Positions 31,922 to 42,123 are shown, numbered from the stretch's first letter. The stretch: 64,000 nt of DNA from an uncultured Gemmatimonadales bacterium (GCA_963771275.1 CAVYSW010000010.1:544001-608000), one strand, 5' to 3'. Numbers and translations are program-made. The notes: generated from the letters alone by a model not told the origin.

Positions 31922-32962
31922 CTACTCCACGATCCTGCGCGCCAGCACCCAGCGCTGCTGCCACCAGCGGCTGTCACCGTCGGGCGCCGAGAGGCTCGAC
32001 AGCTTGACGCCGGTGGACGAGCTGTGGAGGAACTGCCCGTCACCGACGTACAGCCCGACGTGGCTGATCGCGCTCGTTGCGTCGGCGGAGAAGCCGAGCA
32101 GGTCACCCGGGCGGAGCGCGTCCGCCCGGCGCTCGACCGCGGCTCCCATGCGGGCCTGATCGCGGCTGACGCGTGGCAACACGATGCCGTGCTGCCCGTA
32201 GGCATATTGGATCAGCCCCGAGCAGTCGAACCCGTTGGCGTCCGTTCCGCCCCACTGGTAGGGCATCCCCATGGCTCCGAGCGCCGTTTCCACGATGCTC
32301 GCGGTCACCCGCGCCGCTTCGTCCGACGCACCCGCTGCGACTGCTGCGTGGTAGGCGTCCTCCACGGTGAGGGGGGGGACCGGGCCGGTGGCGGGTGGTG
32401 GTGCGGGGCTCCGGGGGCCCGGCGCCGCCTGGTCGCGGCGGCGTCCCGGAATGCTGAACGCGACGCGGGCCTGCACCTGGATGCCTTTGAGATCGGCGGA
32501 GTCGAGGTTCCAGAAGCCGGCCACGCGCTGGTCTTCCGCGCGATAGCGCACTTCGACTCCCACGGACGCCCCCGCGAAGATCCGGGCGGCGAGCCCGCCC
32601 CCCGCCGTCCAGAAAGCGTCGATGCCGCCGCCGTGGTGCCGAGCGCCCAGTCCGGCGGAAGCCAGCGCATACGGGCCGGATCCGTCGAGGCCGAAGCGCA
32701 CGCTCAACTCACCGCCGGAGAGCGTCCGGCTCGCGGCGCTGTCGCCGCCGCCCACGTGGACGAAGTCGAGACCGTAGCCGAACCGACCCCACACTTGCTG
32801 ATGCACGCCCGCGTGAAACACGGTGGCCGCCGAGTCGCCACTGGGGAACCACCAGCCGTAGGCGGCTTCGAAGGCCGGGCTCTGGGCGCGCGCGCGCGCG
32901 GGGCCCCCCGCGATGACGGCGATGCCTGCCACGCTCCACGCCAGGCTCGATCGTGTGCGCAT
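31922..32962 (-). CDS. NlpC/P60 (C40) peptidase with an N-terminal beta-barrel-like domain
   Basis: Signal peptide; PYQWGG...GFDCSGL, LPRVSRDQ, HVGLY, FLHSS. Confidence 0.9.
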   Translation of the reverse strand: MRTRSSLAWSVAGIAVIAGGPARARAQSPAFEAAYGWWFPSGDSAATVFHAGVHQQVWGRFGYGLDFVHVGGGDSAASRTLSGGELSVRFGLDGSGPYALASAGLGARHHGGGIDAFWTAGGGLAARIFAGASVGVEVRYRAEDQRVAGFWNLDSADLKGIQVQARVAFSIPGRRRDQAAPGPRSPAPPPATGPVPPLTVEDAYHAAVAAGASDEAARVTASIVETALGAMGMPYQWGGTDANGFDCSGLIQYAYGQHGIVLPRVSRDQARMGAAVERRADALRPGDLLGFSADATSAISHVGLYVGDGQFLHSSSTGVKLSSLSAPDGDSRWWQQRWVLARRIVE

Positions 32963-32969
32963 GTCGCCA

Positions 32970-33044
32970 ACGGTAGCGAGGGTTCCGGGTCGGGGTCAAC
33001 TCGCCGCCCGTCCCGTGCTTCCCTTCCCCGCCAGGCCCTATATT
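32970..33044. promoter_or_regulatory. divergent leaderless-type promoters
   Basis: Minus: TTGACC-N18-TACCGT-N7-ATG. Plus: TATATT-N6-ATG. Confidence 0.65.
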
Positions 33045-33050
33045 CTCCCC

Positions 33051-33461
33051 ATGCCTCGCGTCACCGTCACGCGCCGGATCCATTTCAATGCGGCGCATCG
33101 CCTGCACAACCCGCGACTCTCGATCGAGGACAACCGCCGGATCTTCGGGGTGTGCAACAACCCGAACTATCACGGCCACAACTACGAGCTCGACATCTCG
33201 GTCGCCGGCGAGGTGGACCCGGTGACCGGATACGTCGCGGACCTGGGGGAGGTCAAGCGTATTGCCGAAGCGATCGTGGTCGCCGCGCTCGATCACCGCA
33301 ATCTCAACCTCGACGTTGCCGCCTTCGCGGACCTGAATCCCACCGCGGAGAACATCGCGGTCGTCATCTGGGGCATGTTGGAGGGACGGTTGCCGGGCCG
33401 CCTGGTGAAGCTGGTGCTGTGGGAGACGCCGCGGAACTACGTGGAGTACCGGGGGGATTAG
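33051..33461 (+). CDS. queD: 6-carboxytetrahydropterin synthase / PTPS family
   Basis: FNAAHRL, CNNPNYHGHNY, LDHRNLN, PTAENIA, LWETPRN. Confidence 0.9.
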   Translation: MPRVTVTRRIHFNAAHRLHNPRLSIEDNRRIFGVCNNPNYHGHNYELDISVAGEVDPVTGYVADLGEVKRIAEAIVVAALDHRNLNLDVAAFADLNPTAENIAVVIWGMLEGRLPGRLVKLVLWETPRNYVEYRGD

Positions 33462-33535
33462 AGCCGTGTAGCGTGTAGCGTGCAGCGTGGGTCGGCCCTT
33501 GCGCTCCACGCTGCCCGCTCCACGCTGCCCGCTAC
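33462..33535. repeat. inverted array of tandem heptamers
   Basis: GTAGCGT GTAGCGT GCAGCGT ... GCGCTCC ACGCTGC CCGCTCC ACGCTGC CCGCTAC. Confidence 0.75.
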
Positions 33536-34134
33536 ATTCCCGGCCACCGCCACCCAAACACCCCCGCCATCAGGCAGCCGTATACCAGCGCGTCGAACAG
33601 GTGTTTCCCGGCCCGCCCCCATCCGCGCTGGAACCAGATGGTATCCGGGAGGATCCCGAAGCCGTAGGCCGCGAAGGCGATGGTCCCGACGACGCGGAAC
33701 ACGGCGAGGTAGTTCGATCCGGCGGGGACGGTCCGGCTGGCGACGTACGCCACGAAGAACGCCACCACGAGGTTGAACGCGAACGACAGCACCATGGGTC
33801 GCGCCATGTTGCGAATGGCGTCGGCCGTGGTTACGGTGAGCACGCAGACCGGCCCGGCCTCCAGCTTCTTCTGGAATTCCGGGTCTTTCATCCGGTCCGG
33901 TGAGCCGGCGTGGGGGAAGAAGTAGTGGCCGGGCATCACGCCCGCCGCCCTCAGGGCGGCGAGCACCCGGTCTTCGTCGGGCATCGGCGCGAACTCGTTC
34001 TTGTGGTGCGGGCTCACCGTCCAAAACAGCGCGCTGGCAATCCACGCGAGCACGGCGGCGAGCAGGATGGGGAGCCAGAGGCTGGACAGCGAAACGTACG
34101 GCGCCGCGACGGCGGCGATTGCTGCGGTCGTCAT
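33532..34134 (-). CDS. hypothetical integral membrane protein
   Basis: About four TM helices; PHHKNEF and PGHYFFP motifs. Confidence 0.8.
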   Translation of the reverse strand: MTTAAIAAVAAPYVSLSSLWLPILLAAVLAWIASALFWTVSPHHKNEFAPMPDEDRVLAALRAAGVMPGHYFFPHAGSPDRMKDPEFQKKLEAGPVCVLTVTTADAIRNMARPMVLSFAFNLVVAFFVAYVASRTVPAGSNYLAVFRVVGTIAFAAYGFGILPDTIWFQRGWGRAGKHLFDALVYGCLMAGVFGWRWPGM

Positions 34135-34147
34135 GGTGTGCTCCGGA

Positions 34148-34189
34148 GCTGGGGGGTCGGGGCGTCAAGGTAGGCCCTCGACCCCCAGC
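34148..34189. other. strong GC hairpin downstream of mdh
   Basis: GCTGGGGGGTCGGGGC-N10-GCCCTCGACCCCCAGC; no U tract. Confidence 0.55.
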
Positions 34190-34203
34190 CGTCCAGAGCG
34201 CGT

Positions 34204-35133
34204 CTACAGTTTCACGGCATCCATCGTCTTCTTGACCGAATCCGCTGATTTCTTGAGCGCCGCCTGCTCATCCGCGCTCAACTGTACCTGGACGATCCCC
34301 TCGAGGCCCGCCGCGCCCAGCTTGCAGGGGACCCCCAGGTAGACGCCGGCGATGCCGTACTCCCCGTTGAGCCAGGCGGAGCACGGGAGCAGCCGCTTCT
34401 TGTCCTTCACGATCGCCTCGGCCATCTGTGCCGCTCCGGAGGACGGGGCGTAGTACGCCGACCCGGTCTTGAGGTGCGCCACGATCTCGGCGCCGCCGTT
34501 GCGGGTCCGCTCGACGATCTTGTCGAGCGCGGGCCGGTCGATCAATTGGGTGACGGGGATCCCGGACACCGTCGTGTAGGAGATCAACGGCACCATGGTG
34601 TCGCCGTGTCCGCCGAGCACCATCGCCTGGATGTCCTCGACGGACAGATGCAGCGCCTCGCTGAGGAACATGCGATAGCGCGCCGTATCGAGGATGCCGG
34701 CCATGCCGAACACCCGCTCGCGCGGGAAGCCGGTGACTTCCTTGGCGACCCAGCACATCACGTCGAGCGGGTTGGAAATGACGACGACGATCGCCTTGGG
34801 AGCGATCCGCTTGATCTCCTGGCCCACCGCCTTCACGATGTCGGCGTTGGTCCGGACCAGGTCGTCGCGGCTCATCCCCGGCTTGCGGGCGATGCCGGCC
34901 GTGACGAGGAACATCTCACTGTTCGCGGCCAGGGCGTAGTCGTTGGTCCCGACGATCTTGGTGTCGAAGCCCTCGACCGGGCCCGACTGCCATTGGTCCA
35001 GTCCCTTGCCCTGGGGGATGCCCTCGAGGATGTCGACGAGGACGACCTCGCGAGCCAGCTCTTGCTCGGCCACGCGCTGGGCGAGTGTCGCCCCCACGTG
35101 TCCGGCGCCAACTACGGTGATCTTCTTCATCAT
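34204..35133 (-). CDS. mdh: malate dehydrogenase (LDH-like)
   Basis: GAGHVG, TAGIARKPGMSRDDL, SNPLD, LGGHGD, GSAYYAP. Confidence 0.97.
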   Translation of the reverse strand: MMKKITVVGAGHVGATLAQRVAEQELAREVVLVDILEGIPQGKGLDQWQSGPVEGFDTKIVGTNDYALAANSEMFLVTAGIARKPGMSRDDLVRTNADIVKAVGQEIKRIAPKAIVVVISNPLDVMCWVAKEVTGFPRERVFGMAGILDTARYRMFLSEALHLSVEDIQAMVLGGHGDTMVPLISYTTVSGIPVTQLIDRPALDKIVERTRNGGAEIVAHLKTGSAYYAPSSGAAQMAEAIVKDKKRLLPCSAWLNGEYGIAGVYLGVPCKLGAAGLEGIVQVQLSADEQAALKKSADSVKKTMDAVKL

Positions 35134-35163
35134 GGCAGGACCCACATTGTTGGATAGTGAGGG

Positions 35164-35643
35164 TTAGGCGCCCGCGTGTCCCTCCTCGAGGGCCACATCG
35201 AGCCGACGGATCGCCTCGTATGTGACGATGGCGACCGCCGTGGCGAGGTTGAGGCTGCGCACGGCCGGCGTCATGGGAATGCGGTACACACGCTCCGCGT
35301 GCTTCTCGCGGATGCGGTCGGGCATCCCATTGGATTCGCTGCCGAACACCAGGACGGAGTTCGGGGCGAACGGGGCGTCGAGATACGACAACCGCCCGTG
35401 CGAGGAAAAGTAGAGGCAGCGGTCGCGGGCGACGGCCTCCCGAAACGCGCGCCAATGTGGGTGGATCCAGAGATCCACCTCGGACCAGTAGTCGAGACCG
35501 GCGCGCCGCAGCTGGTCGTCGTCCAGCGAGAACCCGAGCGGCTCGATCAGGTGGAGTGTGCTCGTGGTGGCCGCGCACAGTCGAGCGATGTTCCCGGTGT
35601 TCGGGGGAATCTGCGGCTCGATGAGGGCGATGCCGAGGGCCAC
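35164..35643 (-). CDS. trmL: tRNA (cytidine(34)-2'-O)-methyltransferase
   Basis: EPQIPPNTGNIAR, LRRAGLDYW, VRSLNLA. Confidence 0.95.
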   Translation of the reverse strand: MALGIALIEPQIPPNTGNIARLCAATTSTLHLIEPLGFSLDDDQLRRAGLDYWSEVDLWIHPHWRAFREAVARDRCLYFSSHGRLSYLDAPFAPNSVLVFGSESNGMPDRIREKHAERVYRIPMTPAVRSLNLATAVAIVTYEAIRRLDVALEEGHAGA

Positions 35644-35645
35644 GC

Positions 35646-36095
35646 TCAGGGGCCTCCGGCGGGCGCGTCGCTGGCGACGCGGCCTCCCGCGTTGTCCCGC
35701 CAATGCGACGTCCCGTCGTCGCAGATCTCCCGCTTCCAGACCGGGAGGCGGCGCTTCGCCTCCTCGACGACGTGGCGGCAGGCCTCGAACGCGTGGGCGC
35801 GGTGGGGGGCCGCGACCGCCACCGCCATGCTGGCTTCGCCCGTCGCGACGATGCCCAGCCGATGCTGCGCGGCAACGCGTGCGTCGGGCCATCGCTCGAG
35901 GGCCTCGGTCACGATGCGCGCGAACTCCGCTTCGAGCATCGGTTCGTGGGCGGAGTACTCGATCCGGCTGACCGGACCGTCCTCAGGACCGCGCCGGACC
36001 GACCCCACGAAGACCGCCGTCCCGCCGCGCGTTGGACCCGCGACGTCGGCGATCAGGGCGTCGACTCGGATCGGCTGGCGCGTCGCATAGGGCAC
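35646..36095 (-). CDS. moaE: molybdopterin synthase large subunit
   Basis: FVGSVR, EYSAH, HRLG, HRAHAFEAC, LPVWKRE. Confidence 0.93.
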   Translation of the reverse strand: MPYATRQPIRVDALIADVAGPTRGGTAVFVGSVRRGPEDGPVSRIEYSAHEPMLEAEFARIVTEALERWPDARVAAQHRLGIVATGEASMAVAVAAPHRAHAFEACRHVVEEAKRRLPVWKREICDDGTSHWRDNAGGRVASDAPAGGP

Positions 36096-36096
36096 G

Positions 36097-36351
36097 TCAA
36101 CCTCCGGCGAGCGGCGGGAGCAGCGCCAGCTCGTCGCCGTCCCGGAGCGGCGTCCCCGGTGGGACGTGCTGGTGGTTGAGCGCGACGAGTGGCGTCGCCG
36201 GGAGTGCCGCGGCTCCGCGCACGGCCCTACGCAGCGCCGTGACAGCATCGGACACGACAGCACCCGGCGGGACCTCGACGGTCACCTCATCGCTGCCCAC
36301 CAGCTCGGCGTAGCGCGCGAACAGCCGGCACCGGACGCGAAGCGCTGCCAT
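36097..36351 (-). CDS. moaD: molybdopterin synthase sulfur carrier
   Basis: LFARYAE...DGDELALLPPLAGG (C-terminal GG). Confidence 0.93.
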   Translation of the reverse strand: MAALRVRCRLFARYAELVGSDEVTVEVPPGAVVSDAVTALRRAVRGAAALPATPLVALNHQHVPPGTPLRDGDELALLPPLAGG

Positions 36352-36385
36352 GGAGGGAAAAGCTACCCACGCGGTCACCGAAACG

Positions 36386-36413
36386 AAAACACCCCGGCGG
36401 GAGCCGGGGTGTT
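36386..36413 (-). terminator. intrinsic terminator of the HU gene
   Basis: AACACCCCGGC-TCCC-GCCGGGGTGTT-TT. Confidence 0.8.
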
Positions 36414-36436
36414 GCCAAATCAGCGTTGCGGCCGCG

Positions 36437-36763
36437 TCAGAGGGTTTCGGTGCCGGCCGCCGCCGACCCCGGTTCGGCGACCATCAGCCGCAGCTCCTTC
36501 GAGGGCTTGAACACCGGCACCGGCCGGGCGGCGACTTCCACCGGATCCCCGGTTCGGGGGTTGCGCGCCATGCGTGTCTTGCGCCGCCGGATCTTGAACG
36601 TGCCGAAGCCACGAACCTCGATGTTGTGCTGCTCGGCAAGGGCCTCCTTGACAGCATCGAGGAACGCATCCACGACCCGCGCACAGTCCTTCTTGGAGAT
36701 CATCGGGCCCGCCGTTCGGGCGATCTGGGCTGTCACCCTCTCGACGAGATCGGCTTTCGTCAT
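36437..36763 (-). CDS. HU/IHF-family DNA-binding protein
   Basis: MTKADLV, IEVRGFGTF, ARNPRTG, PVFKPSKELR. Confidence 0.96.
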   Translation of the reverse strand: MTKADLVERVTAQIARTAGPMISKKDCARVVDAFLDAVKEALAEQHNIEVRGFGTFKIRRRKTRMARNPRTGDPVEVAARPVPVFKPSKELRLMVAEPGSAAAGTETL

Positions 36764-36832
36764 TGATCCCCCCTCGAATGGGCACTGAACCGGCGGATTC
36801 CTCCCCGCAGGCCGGCTCAGCGCCGGGGGGTC

Positions 36833-36861
36833 AACATAGGAGCTTACCTATTGACTGTCAA
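36833..36861 (-). promoter_or_regulatory. sigma70 promoter of the HU/IHF gene
   Basis: TTGACA-N17-TATGTT; the -35 lies in the last codons of carA. Confidence 0.8.
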
Positions 36862-37960
36862 GAGCTTGGACGAATTGACGGAAGTGACCTCTCGCGTCGT
36901 GTGGCCCCGGAGAGGCCTCGGGATGGTACTGCACGGCAACAACCGGCAGCTCTCGGTGTCGCAGTCCTTCGACGGTGCCGTCATTGAGGTTAAGGTGCGT
37001 AACCTCAAGTGCTGTGGCACCTGGGACCTCCTTACTGCTTCCCGTTACTGCAAATCCGTGGTTTTGGCTGGTGATCAGAACACGCCCGTCCGACATCTCG
37101 CGCACTGGGTGGTTGCCCCCTCGGTGGCCGTAGGGGAGCTTCTCCGTCCGCGCGCCGAACGCGAGTCCGATGAGCTGATGGCCAAGGCAAATCCCGAACA
37201 TCGGCAGCCCACGCTCGGCAAGCCGTCGGATTGCCGGGAGCACGTACCCTACCGCCGCCGGGTCACCAGGGCCGTTCGAGAGAAACACCCCCGCCGGCTC
37301 GAGCTCGAGCACCCGTTCGGCAGGCGTCCGGGACGGCACGATCGTCACGCGGCAGCCGAACTCCTGGAAGATGCGCAGGATGTTCGCCTTCATCCCGAAG
37401 TCGTAGGCCACGACATGCCGCCCCGCGTTTTCTGCCCCGACGCGCCGCTCGGTCGCCGTGGTCGCGAGCGAAGCGAGATCGAGTCCCTCCATCCGGGGGC
37501 TCGCCGCGAGGCGCTCGCGCGCTGCCTCGTCGGGCGCACCGCCCGCGGCGAGGATGGCCCGCATCGCGCCCTGGGAGCGGATATGGCGCGTGAGCCGGCG
37601 CGTGTCGACCCCCTCGAGCAGCGGAATCCCGCGCTCCGCGAGCCACACGTCGAGCGCCCCCGTGGCCCGCCAGTTGGAATACGACTCCGACAGCTCCCGC
37701 ACCACCACCCCGCTCACCTGCGGCTTGTCGGACTCCAGGTCCTCGGCGTTGATGCCGTAGTTGCCGATCATCGGTGCCGTCATGGCGACGATCTGCCCGA
37801 GGTACGACGGGTCGGTGAAGACCTCCTGGTAGCCGGTCAAGTTGGTCGTGAAGACCGCTTCGCCGGTAGTCGGCGAAAGCGGACGGCGCGTGGTTCCGGG
37901 GAACCACGCGCCGTCTTCCAGCAGGAGGTACGCGGGGCGCAGCGGGCTGCCCTCCGTCAC
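36848..37960 (-). CDS. carA: carbamoyl-phosphate synthase small subunit
   Basis: [36 protein letters not shown]. Confidence 0.97.
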   Translation of the reverse strand: MTEGSPLRPAYLLLEDGAWFPGTTRRPLSPTTGEAVFTTNLTGYQEVFTDPSYLGQIVAMTAPMIGNYGINAEDLESDKPQVSGVVVRELSESYSNWRATGALDVWLAERGIPLLEGVDTRRLTRHIRSQGAMRAILAAGGAPDEAARERLAASPRMEGLDLASLATTATERRVGAENAGRHVVAYDFGMKANILRIFQEFGCRVTIVPSRTPAERVLELEPAGVFLSNGPGDPAAVGYVLPAIRRLAERGLPMFGICLGHQLIGLAFGARTEKLPYGHRGGNHPVREMSDGRVLITSQNHGFAVTGSSKEVPGATALEVTHLNLNDGTVEGLRHRELPVVAVQYHPEASPGPHDARGHFRQFVQALDSQ

Positions 37961-38343
37961 TTCCCGGGCGGGGTGGTCGGCGCAGGCTGCGGCTGCGTGC
38001 CCGACGGAGTCGCCTCGCCTGCCGGCGCGGGCTCCATGTCGAGCGGCAGCGGCGCCGCCTGCACCGGCGCCGGCGCGGACAGCTGACCCTCGAGCACGGA
38101 CCGGGGCGATGCGCCCCGGGACGACATCGCCGCGAGCAGGAGCGAGAGCCCGAGGAAGATTCCGCCGGTCCACCAGGACAGCTTGGTCAGCAGGGTGACT
38201 GCCTGACGCCCGCCGAGAAAGGACTCGGTGGAGGCGCCTCCGCCCATCGCGGCGAGCCCGCCGCCCTTGCCCGATTGGAGCAGGACGACGGTCATCAGGA
38301 TGGCGGCGTCGATGACCAGCACCACGATCAGGAATGTGAACAT
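37957..38343 (-). CDS. secG: preprotein translocase subunit SecG
   Basis: [16 protein letters not shown], two TM helices, downstream of tpiA. Confidence 0.94.
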   Translation of the reverse strand: MFTFLIVVLVIDAAILMTVVLLQSGKGGGLAAMGGGASTESFLGGRQAVTLLTKLSWWTGGIFLGLSLLLAAMSSRGASPRSVLEGQLSAPAPVQAAPLPLDMEPAPAGEATPSGTQPQPAPTTPPGK

Positions 38344-38364
38344 GTGACCCCTCTTCGAGGCCGC

Positions 38365-38393
38365 AAGATACCCGGGCCCGGGAACCCGGTCAA
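38365..38393 (-). promoter_or_regulatory. sigma70 promoter for secG
   Basis: TTGACC-N17-TATCTT. Confidence 0.75.
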
Positions 38394-39142
38394 TCGCGGC
38401 GCGCGCGGACGATCGCGCTCCAGGAGTCGGGATCCAGCGAGGCGCCGCCGACCAGCACGCCGTCGATCTCGGCCTCCGCGACGAGGGCCGCCGCGTTGTC
38501 GGGCTTGACGCTCCCGCCATAGAGAATCCACGTCTCTGCGGCCGGCGCGCCGAGCTCGCGGAGCTGGCGGCGGATGGCGGCGTGCACCTGGGCTGCGTCT
38601 TCCGGCGTGGCGTTGCGGCCGGTGCCGATCGCCCACACGGGCTCGTACGCGATGTACACCTTCGACAAGCTCTCTGCGGGAAGGCCCTCGAGCACGGACA
38701 CCTGGCGGTGCACCACGGCGAGGGTCTCGCCCCGCTCCCGCTCGGCGAGGGTTTCGCCCACGCACAGCACCGGCGCGAGCGCACCGGCGAGCACCGCGCG
38801 GACCTTGCGGCCGGTCTCGGCGTCGGTTTCGGCGAACACGTGGCGGCGTTCCGAGTGACCCACCAGTGCGGCGGTGGCGCCCGCCTCGCGGGCCATCGCG
38901 ACGCTGGTCTCGCCGGTGAATGCCCCCTTCCCTTCCCAATGCACGTGCTGGATCCCCACGCGCAGGCCGGCACGATCGCGCACCGCTGCGGCGACGGTGG
39001 CCACCGACACGGCGGGCGCGAAGAACCAGACCTCCCGGTCGGCGGCGGGGCGATACCCCGCGAGGAACCGGTCGAGGAATCGGCCGGCGCCCTCGGGCCC
39101 GAGATGCATTTTCCAGTTGCCCGCGAAGATGAGCGGCTTCAT
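38390..39142 (-). CDS. tpiA: triosephosphate isomerase
   Basis: AGNWKM, GHSERR, AYEPVWAIGTG, LVGGASL. Confidence 0.98.
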   Translation of the reverse strand: MKPLIFAGNWKMHLGPEGAGRFLDRFLAGYRPAADREVWFFAPAVSVATVAAAVRDRAGLRVGIQHVHWEGKGAFTGETSVAMAREAGATAALVGHSERRHVFAETDAETGRKVRAVLAGALAPVLCVGETLAERERGETLAVVHRQVSVLEGLPAESLSKVYIAYEPVWAIGTGRNATPEDAAQVHAAIRRQLRELGAPAAETWILYGGSVKPDNAAALVAEAEIDGVLVGGASLDPDSWSAIVRARRD

Positions 39143-40332
39143 TGGTCGTCGAGCGCCGCGACGCCCGGCAGGGTCTTCCCTTCGAGGAACTCGAGCGACG
39201 CGCCGCCGCCGGTCGAGACGTGGCTCACCTTGTCGCTCAGTCCCGCCTGCGCCACGGCGGCGGCCGAGTCACCGCCCCCGACGACCGTGACCGCTCCGTG
39301 CGCCGTTGCCTCGGCCAGGGCCGCCGCCACCGCGCGCGTCCCGGCGTCGAACGGCGGCGTCTCGAACACCCCCATCGGTCCGTTCCAGACGATTGTCCGG
39401 GCGGCGAGGATGCGCGCGCGGAATTCCGCAGCGGTTGCCGGGTCGATATCGTAGACGGCCCAGCCGGGCGTGATCGCGTCGCGTGCGACGGTGCGGGTCA
39501 CGGCGTTGGGCGTGAGCTCCTGGGCCACGACGCCGCCCCCGGGGAGCACGAGCTTCGCGCCGGCCCGCTCCAGCAGCGTGCGGGCCATGTCCACACGGTC
39601 GGGCTCGACCAGCGACCTGCCGACCTCGAGCCCCATCGCCTTGAAGAACGTACAGGCCATCGCGCCGCCGATCAGGATCGCGTCGACCAGAGGGAGGAGG
39701 TGCTCGATGACGTCGATCTTGCCCGAGATCTTTGCGCCGCCGAGCACGGCGACGAACGGCCGTTTCGGCGTGGCGAGCGCCGCGCCGAGATATGCCAGCT
39801 CCTTCGCCATCAGGAAGCCGGCGACGGCGGGCTTGAGCAGATGAGCCACGGCCTCCGTGGAGGCGTGCGCGCGGTGGGCGGACCCGAACGCGTCGTTGAC
39901 GTAGAAGTCGCCGAGCGCGGCGAAGCGCGCCGCCAGGGCCGTGTCGTTGCGTTCCTCGCCGGGGTAGAACCGGGTGTTCTCGCACAGCGCCACCGCGCCG
40001 CGCCGCATCTGCCGTATCGCCTGCTCGGCGGCGGCCGAGGTGGGGTCCTCCAGGAACAGCACCGGCATGCCGAGCACGCTCTCGAGGGTCGCCGCCACGG
40101 GGCGCAACGAGTACTGCGGATCGGGGCCGTGCTTCGGTCGCCCGAAGTGGGAGCACAGTACGACGCGGCATCCGCGGTCCCGCAGCCAGCGGATCGTCGG
40201 GACGGCGGCGTCGATCCTCGTGCGGTCGGTCACCACGCCATCCGTCACCGGCACGTTGAAGTCGACGCGGACGAGCGCCCGCAGGCCTTCCAGCGGCTGG
40301 CCCGCGAGCGCCTCCAGCGTGCGCTTGGGCAT
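39139..40332 (-). CDS. pgk: phosphoglycerate kinase
   Basis: RVDFNVP, NDAFGSAHRAH, WNGPMGVFE, HVSTGGGASLE. Confidence 0.98.
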   Translation of the reverse strand: MPKRTLEALAGQPLEGLRALVRVDFNVPVTDGVVTDRTRIDAAVPTIRWLRDRGCRVVLCSHFGRPKHGPDPQYSLRPVAATLESVLGMPVLFLEDPTSAAAEQAIRQMRRGAVALCENTRFYPGEERNDTALAARFAALGDFYVNDAFGSAHRAHASTEAVAHLLKPAVAGFLMAKELAYLGAALATPKRPFVAVLGGAKISGKIDVIEHLLPLVDAILIGGAMACTFFKAMGLEVGRSLVEPDRVDMARTLLERAGAKLVLPGGGVVAQELTPNAVTRTVARDAITPGWAVYDIDPATAAEFRARILAARTIVWNGPMGVFETPPFDAGTRAVAAALAEATAHGAVTVVGGGDSAAAVAQAGLSDKVSHVSTGGGASLEFLEGKTLPGVAALDDQ

Positions 40333-41339
40333 CAGAATCTCTGGGCCATGTAATCGAGCAGGTCCACGCAGCGCGCCGAGTACCCCATCTCGTTGTCGTA
40401 CCAGGACGACACGTGCACCAGCGTGCCGTCGATCACGTTGGTGCTGGCGGCATCCACGGTGCTCGAGTGGAGGTCGCCATTGAAGTCACAGGAGACCAGC
40501 GGCTCGTCGCACACGGCCAGAATCCCCTTGAGGGGCCCGGCGGCCGCCTGGCGGAACGCCGCGTTAACGTCCTCGATCGTCGTCGCCTTCGCCACGATGC
40601 AGCTCAGATCCACCAGCGAGACGTTCGGCGTCGGGACCCGGAGGGAGACGCCGTCGAGCTTGCCCTTCACCTCCGGGATCACGAGGCTGGTCGCCTTGGC
40701 GGCGCCCGTCGTGGTGGGGATGATGTTGAGCGCCGCGGCGCGGGCTCGCCGCAGGTCCTTGTGCGGCAGGTCGAGGATCCGCTGATCGTTGGTGTAGCTG
40801 TGGATCGTCGTCATGAAGCCGCGCTCGAAGCCGAACGCATCGCGCACCACCTTCACCACCGGCACGAGGCAGTTGGTCGTGCACGAGGCGTTGGAGATCA
40901 CGTGGTGCTTGGCCGGGTCGTACGCGGCGTGGTTGACGCCGAACACGATGGTGATGTCCTCCTTCTTGCCCGGCGCGCTGATCAGCACCTTCCTGGCCCC
41001 TGCCGTCAGGTGGGCGGCGGCCTTGTCACGGTCCGTGAACAGCCCGGTGGATTCGAGTACGACGTCCACCTTGAGCTCCTTCCACGGGAGCTTGGCCGGG
41101 TCCTTCTCGGCGAGCACGCGGAGCGTGCGGCCGGCGACGTGGAGCGCGCCCGGCTCGGCGGTCACGTCGCCGGGATACCGGCCGTGGACCGAGTCGTACT
41201 TCAGCAGGTGGGCGAGCGTCGCCGCGTCGGTCACGTCGTTGAGGGCGACGACCTCGAGATCGGTCTGGCGCTTGGCCAGGACGCGCAGCACGTTGCGCCC
41301 GATCCGGCCGAATCCGTTGATGGCGATGCGTACCGGCAT
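40332..41339 (-). CDS. gap: glyceraldehyde-3-phosphate dehydrogenase
   Basis: [28 protein letters not shown]. Confidence 0.98.
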   Translation of the reverse strand: MPVRIAINGFGRIGRNVLRVLAKRQTDLEVVALNDVTDAATLAHLLKYDSVHGRYPGDVTAEPGALHVAGRTLRVLAEKDPAKLPWKELKVDVVLESTGLFTDRDKAAAHLTAGARKVLISAPGKKEDITIVFGVNHAAYDPAKHHVISNASCTTNCLVPVVKVVRDAFGFERGFMTTIHSYTNDQRILDLPHKDLRRARAAALNIIPTTTGAAKATSLVIPEVKGKLDGVSLRVPTPNVSLVDLSCIVAKATTIEDVNAAFRQAAAGPLKGILAVCDEPLVSCDFNGDLHSSTVDAASTNVIDGTLVHVSSWYDNEMGYSARCVDLLDYMAQRF

Positions 41340-41394
41340 ATCCTCCCCGCTTTCGAGTCTGTCGGCGGCGCGCTGCGGAGAGCCCCGAACGGGC

Positions 41395-42123
41395 TCAGAC
41401 GGCGGCGCGGAGTTCGTAGGGTAAGGCGCGAGCGAACGTGACACCCCGGATGACCGACCACCCGGCGTCCGCGAGCGCGGCAGCTGCGGCGCAGAGGGTC
41501 GCACCGGTCGTGAGCACGTCGTCCACCAATATAACCGCCCGTTCACCCGGCTTCCCGGTGGCGTGCTTCGCCCGGAACGCGCCGGCGACGTTCTTCGACC
41601 GCGCCTCGGGCGTGAGCGCGGTCTGCGTGCCGGTGTCGCGCGTGCGCGCCACGAGCGTCTCCGCGACCGGGAGTCGCCAGAGCGCACCGAGCCCGCGTGC
41701 GATCGCGGTCGCCTGATTGTAGCCACGGGTATGCAGGCGCCGTGGCGCGAGGGGAATCGGAACGAGGAGCGCGCCGGCGGGCCGCGGGAAGCAGCGACCG
41801 ATCAACTCCGCGGCCTCACGCCCGAGGGTCGGCAGTCCCTGGTACTTGAGGTGATGGACGACGGCTCGCGCCGGATCGTCGAGCCATACGGCGCTGCGCA
41901 CCTCCGCAAGCGCGGTCGGCCAATCGCGGCAGAAGCGGCACGGCGGGATCGGCGGCAGTGGCTGTCCGCAGCGGGCGCACCCGGCGGGCACCGACCGGAG
42001 CCGCGTGCGGCAGAGCCCGCAGAGCAGCCGATCGGGGGTCTGCTCCGGCATCGGCCGATCGCAGGCGACGCAGGCGTTGGGAAGCAGGAACCGCTCGAGC
42101 GCGCGGAGCAAGGTAACGGTCAC
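41395..42123 (-). CDS. comF: ComF family (zinc ribbon plus PRTase) protein
   Basis: Four CxxC motifs, [16 protein letters not shown]. Confidence 0.92.
   Translation of the reverse strand: MTVTLLRALERFLLPNACVACDRPMPEQTPDRLLCGLCRTRLRSVPAGCARCGQPLPPIPPCRFCRDWPTALAEVRSAVWLDDPARAVVHHLKYQGLPTLGREAAELIGRCFPRPAGALLVPIPLAPRRLHTRGYNQATAIARGLGALWRLPVAETLVARTRDTGTQTALTPEARSKNVAGAFRAKHATGKPGERAVILVDDVLTTGATLCAAAAALADAGWSVIRGVTFARALPYELRAAV

Noticed and set aside
33462..33535. CRISPR array
   Set aside because: 7-nt units without unique spacers; no cas genes in the window
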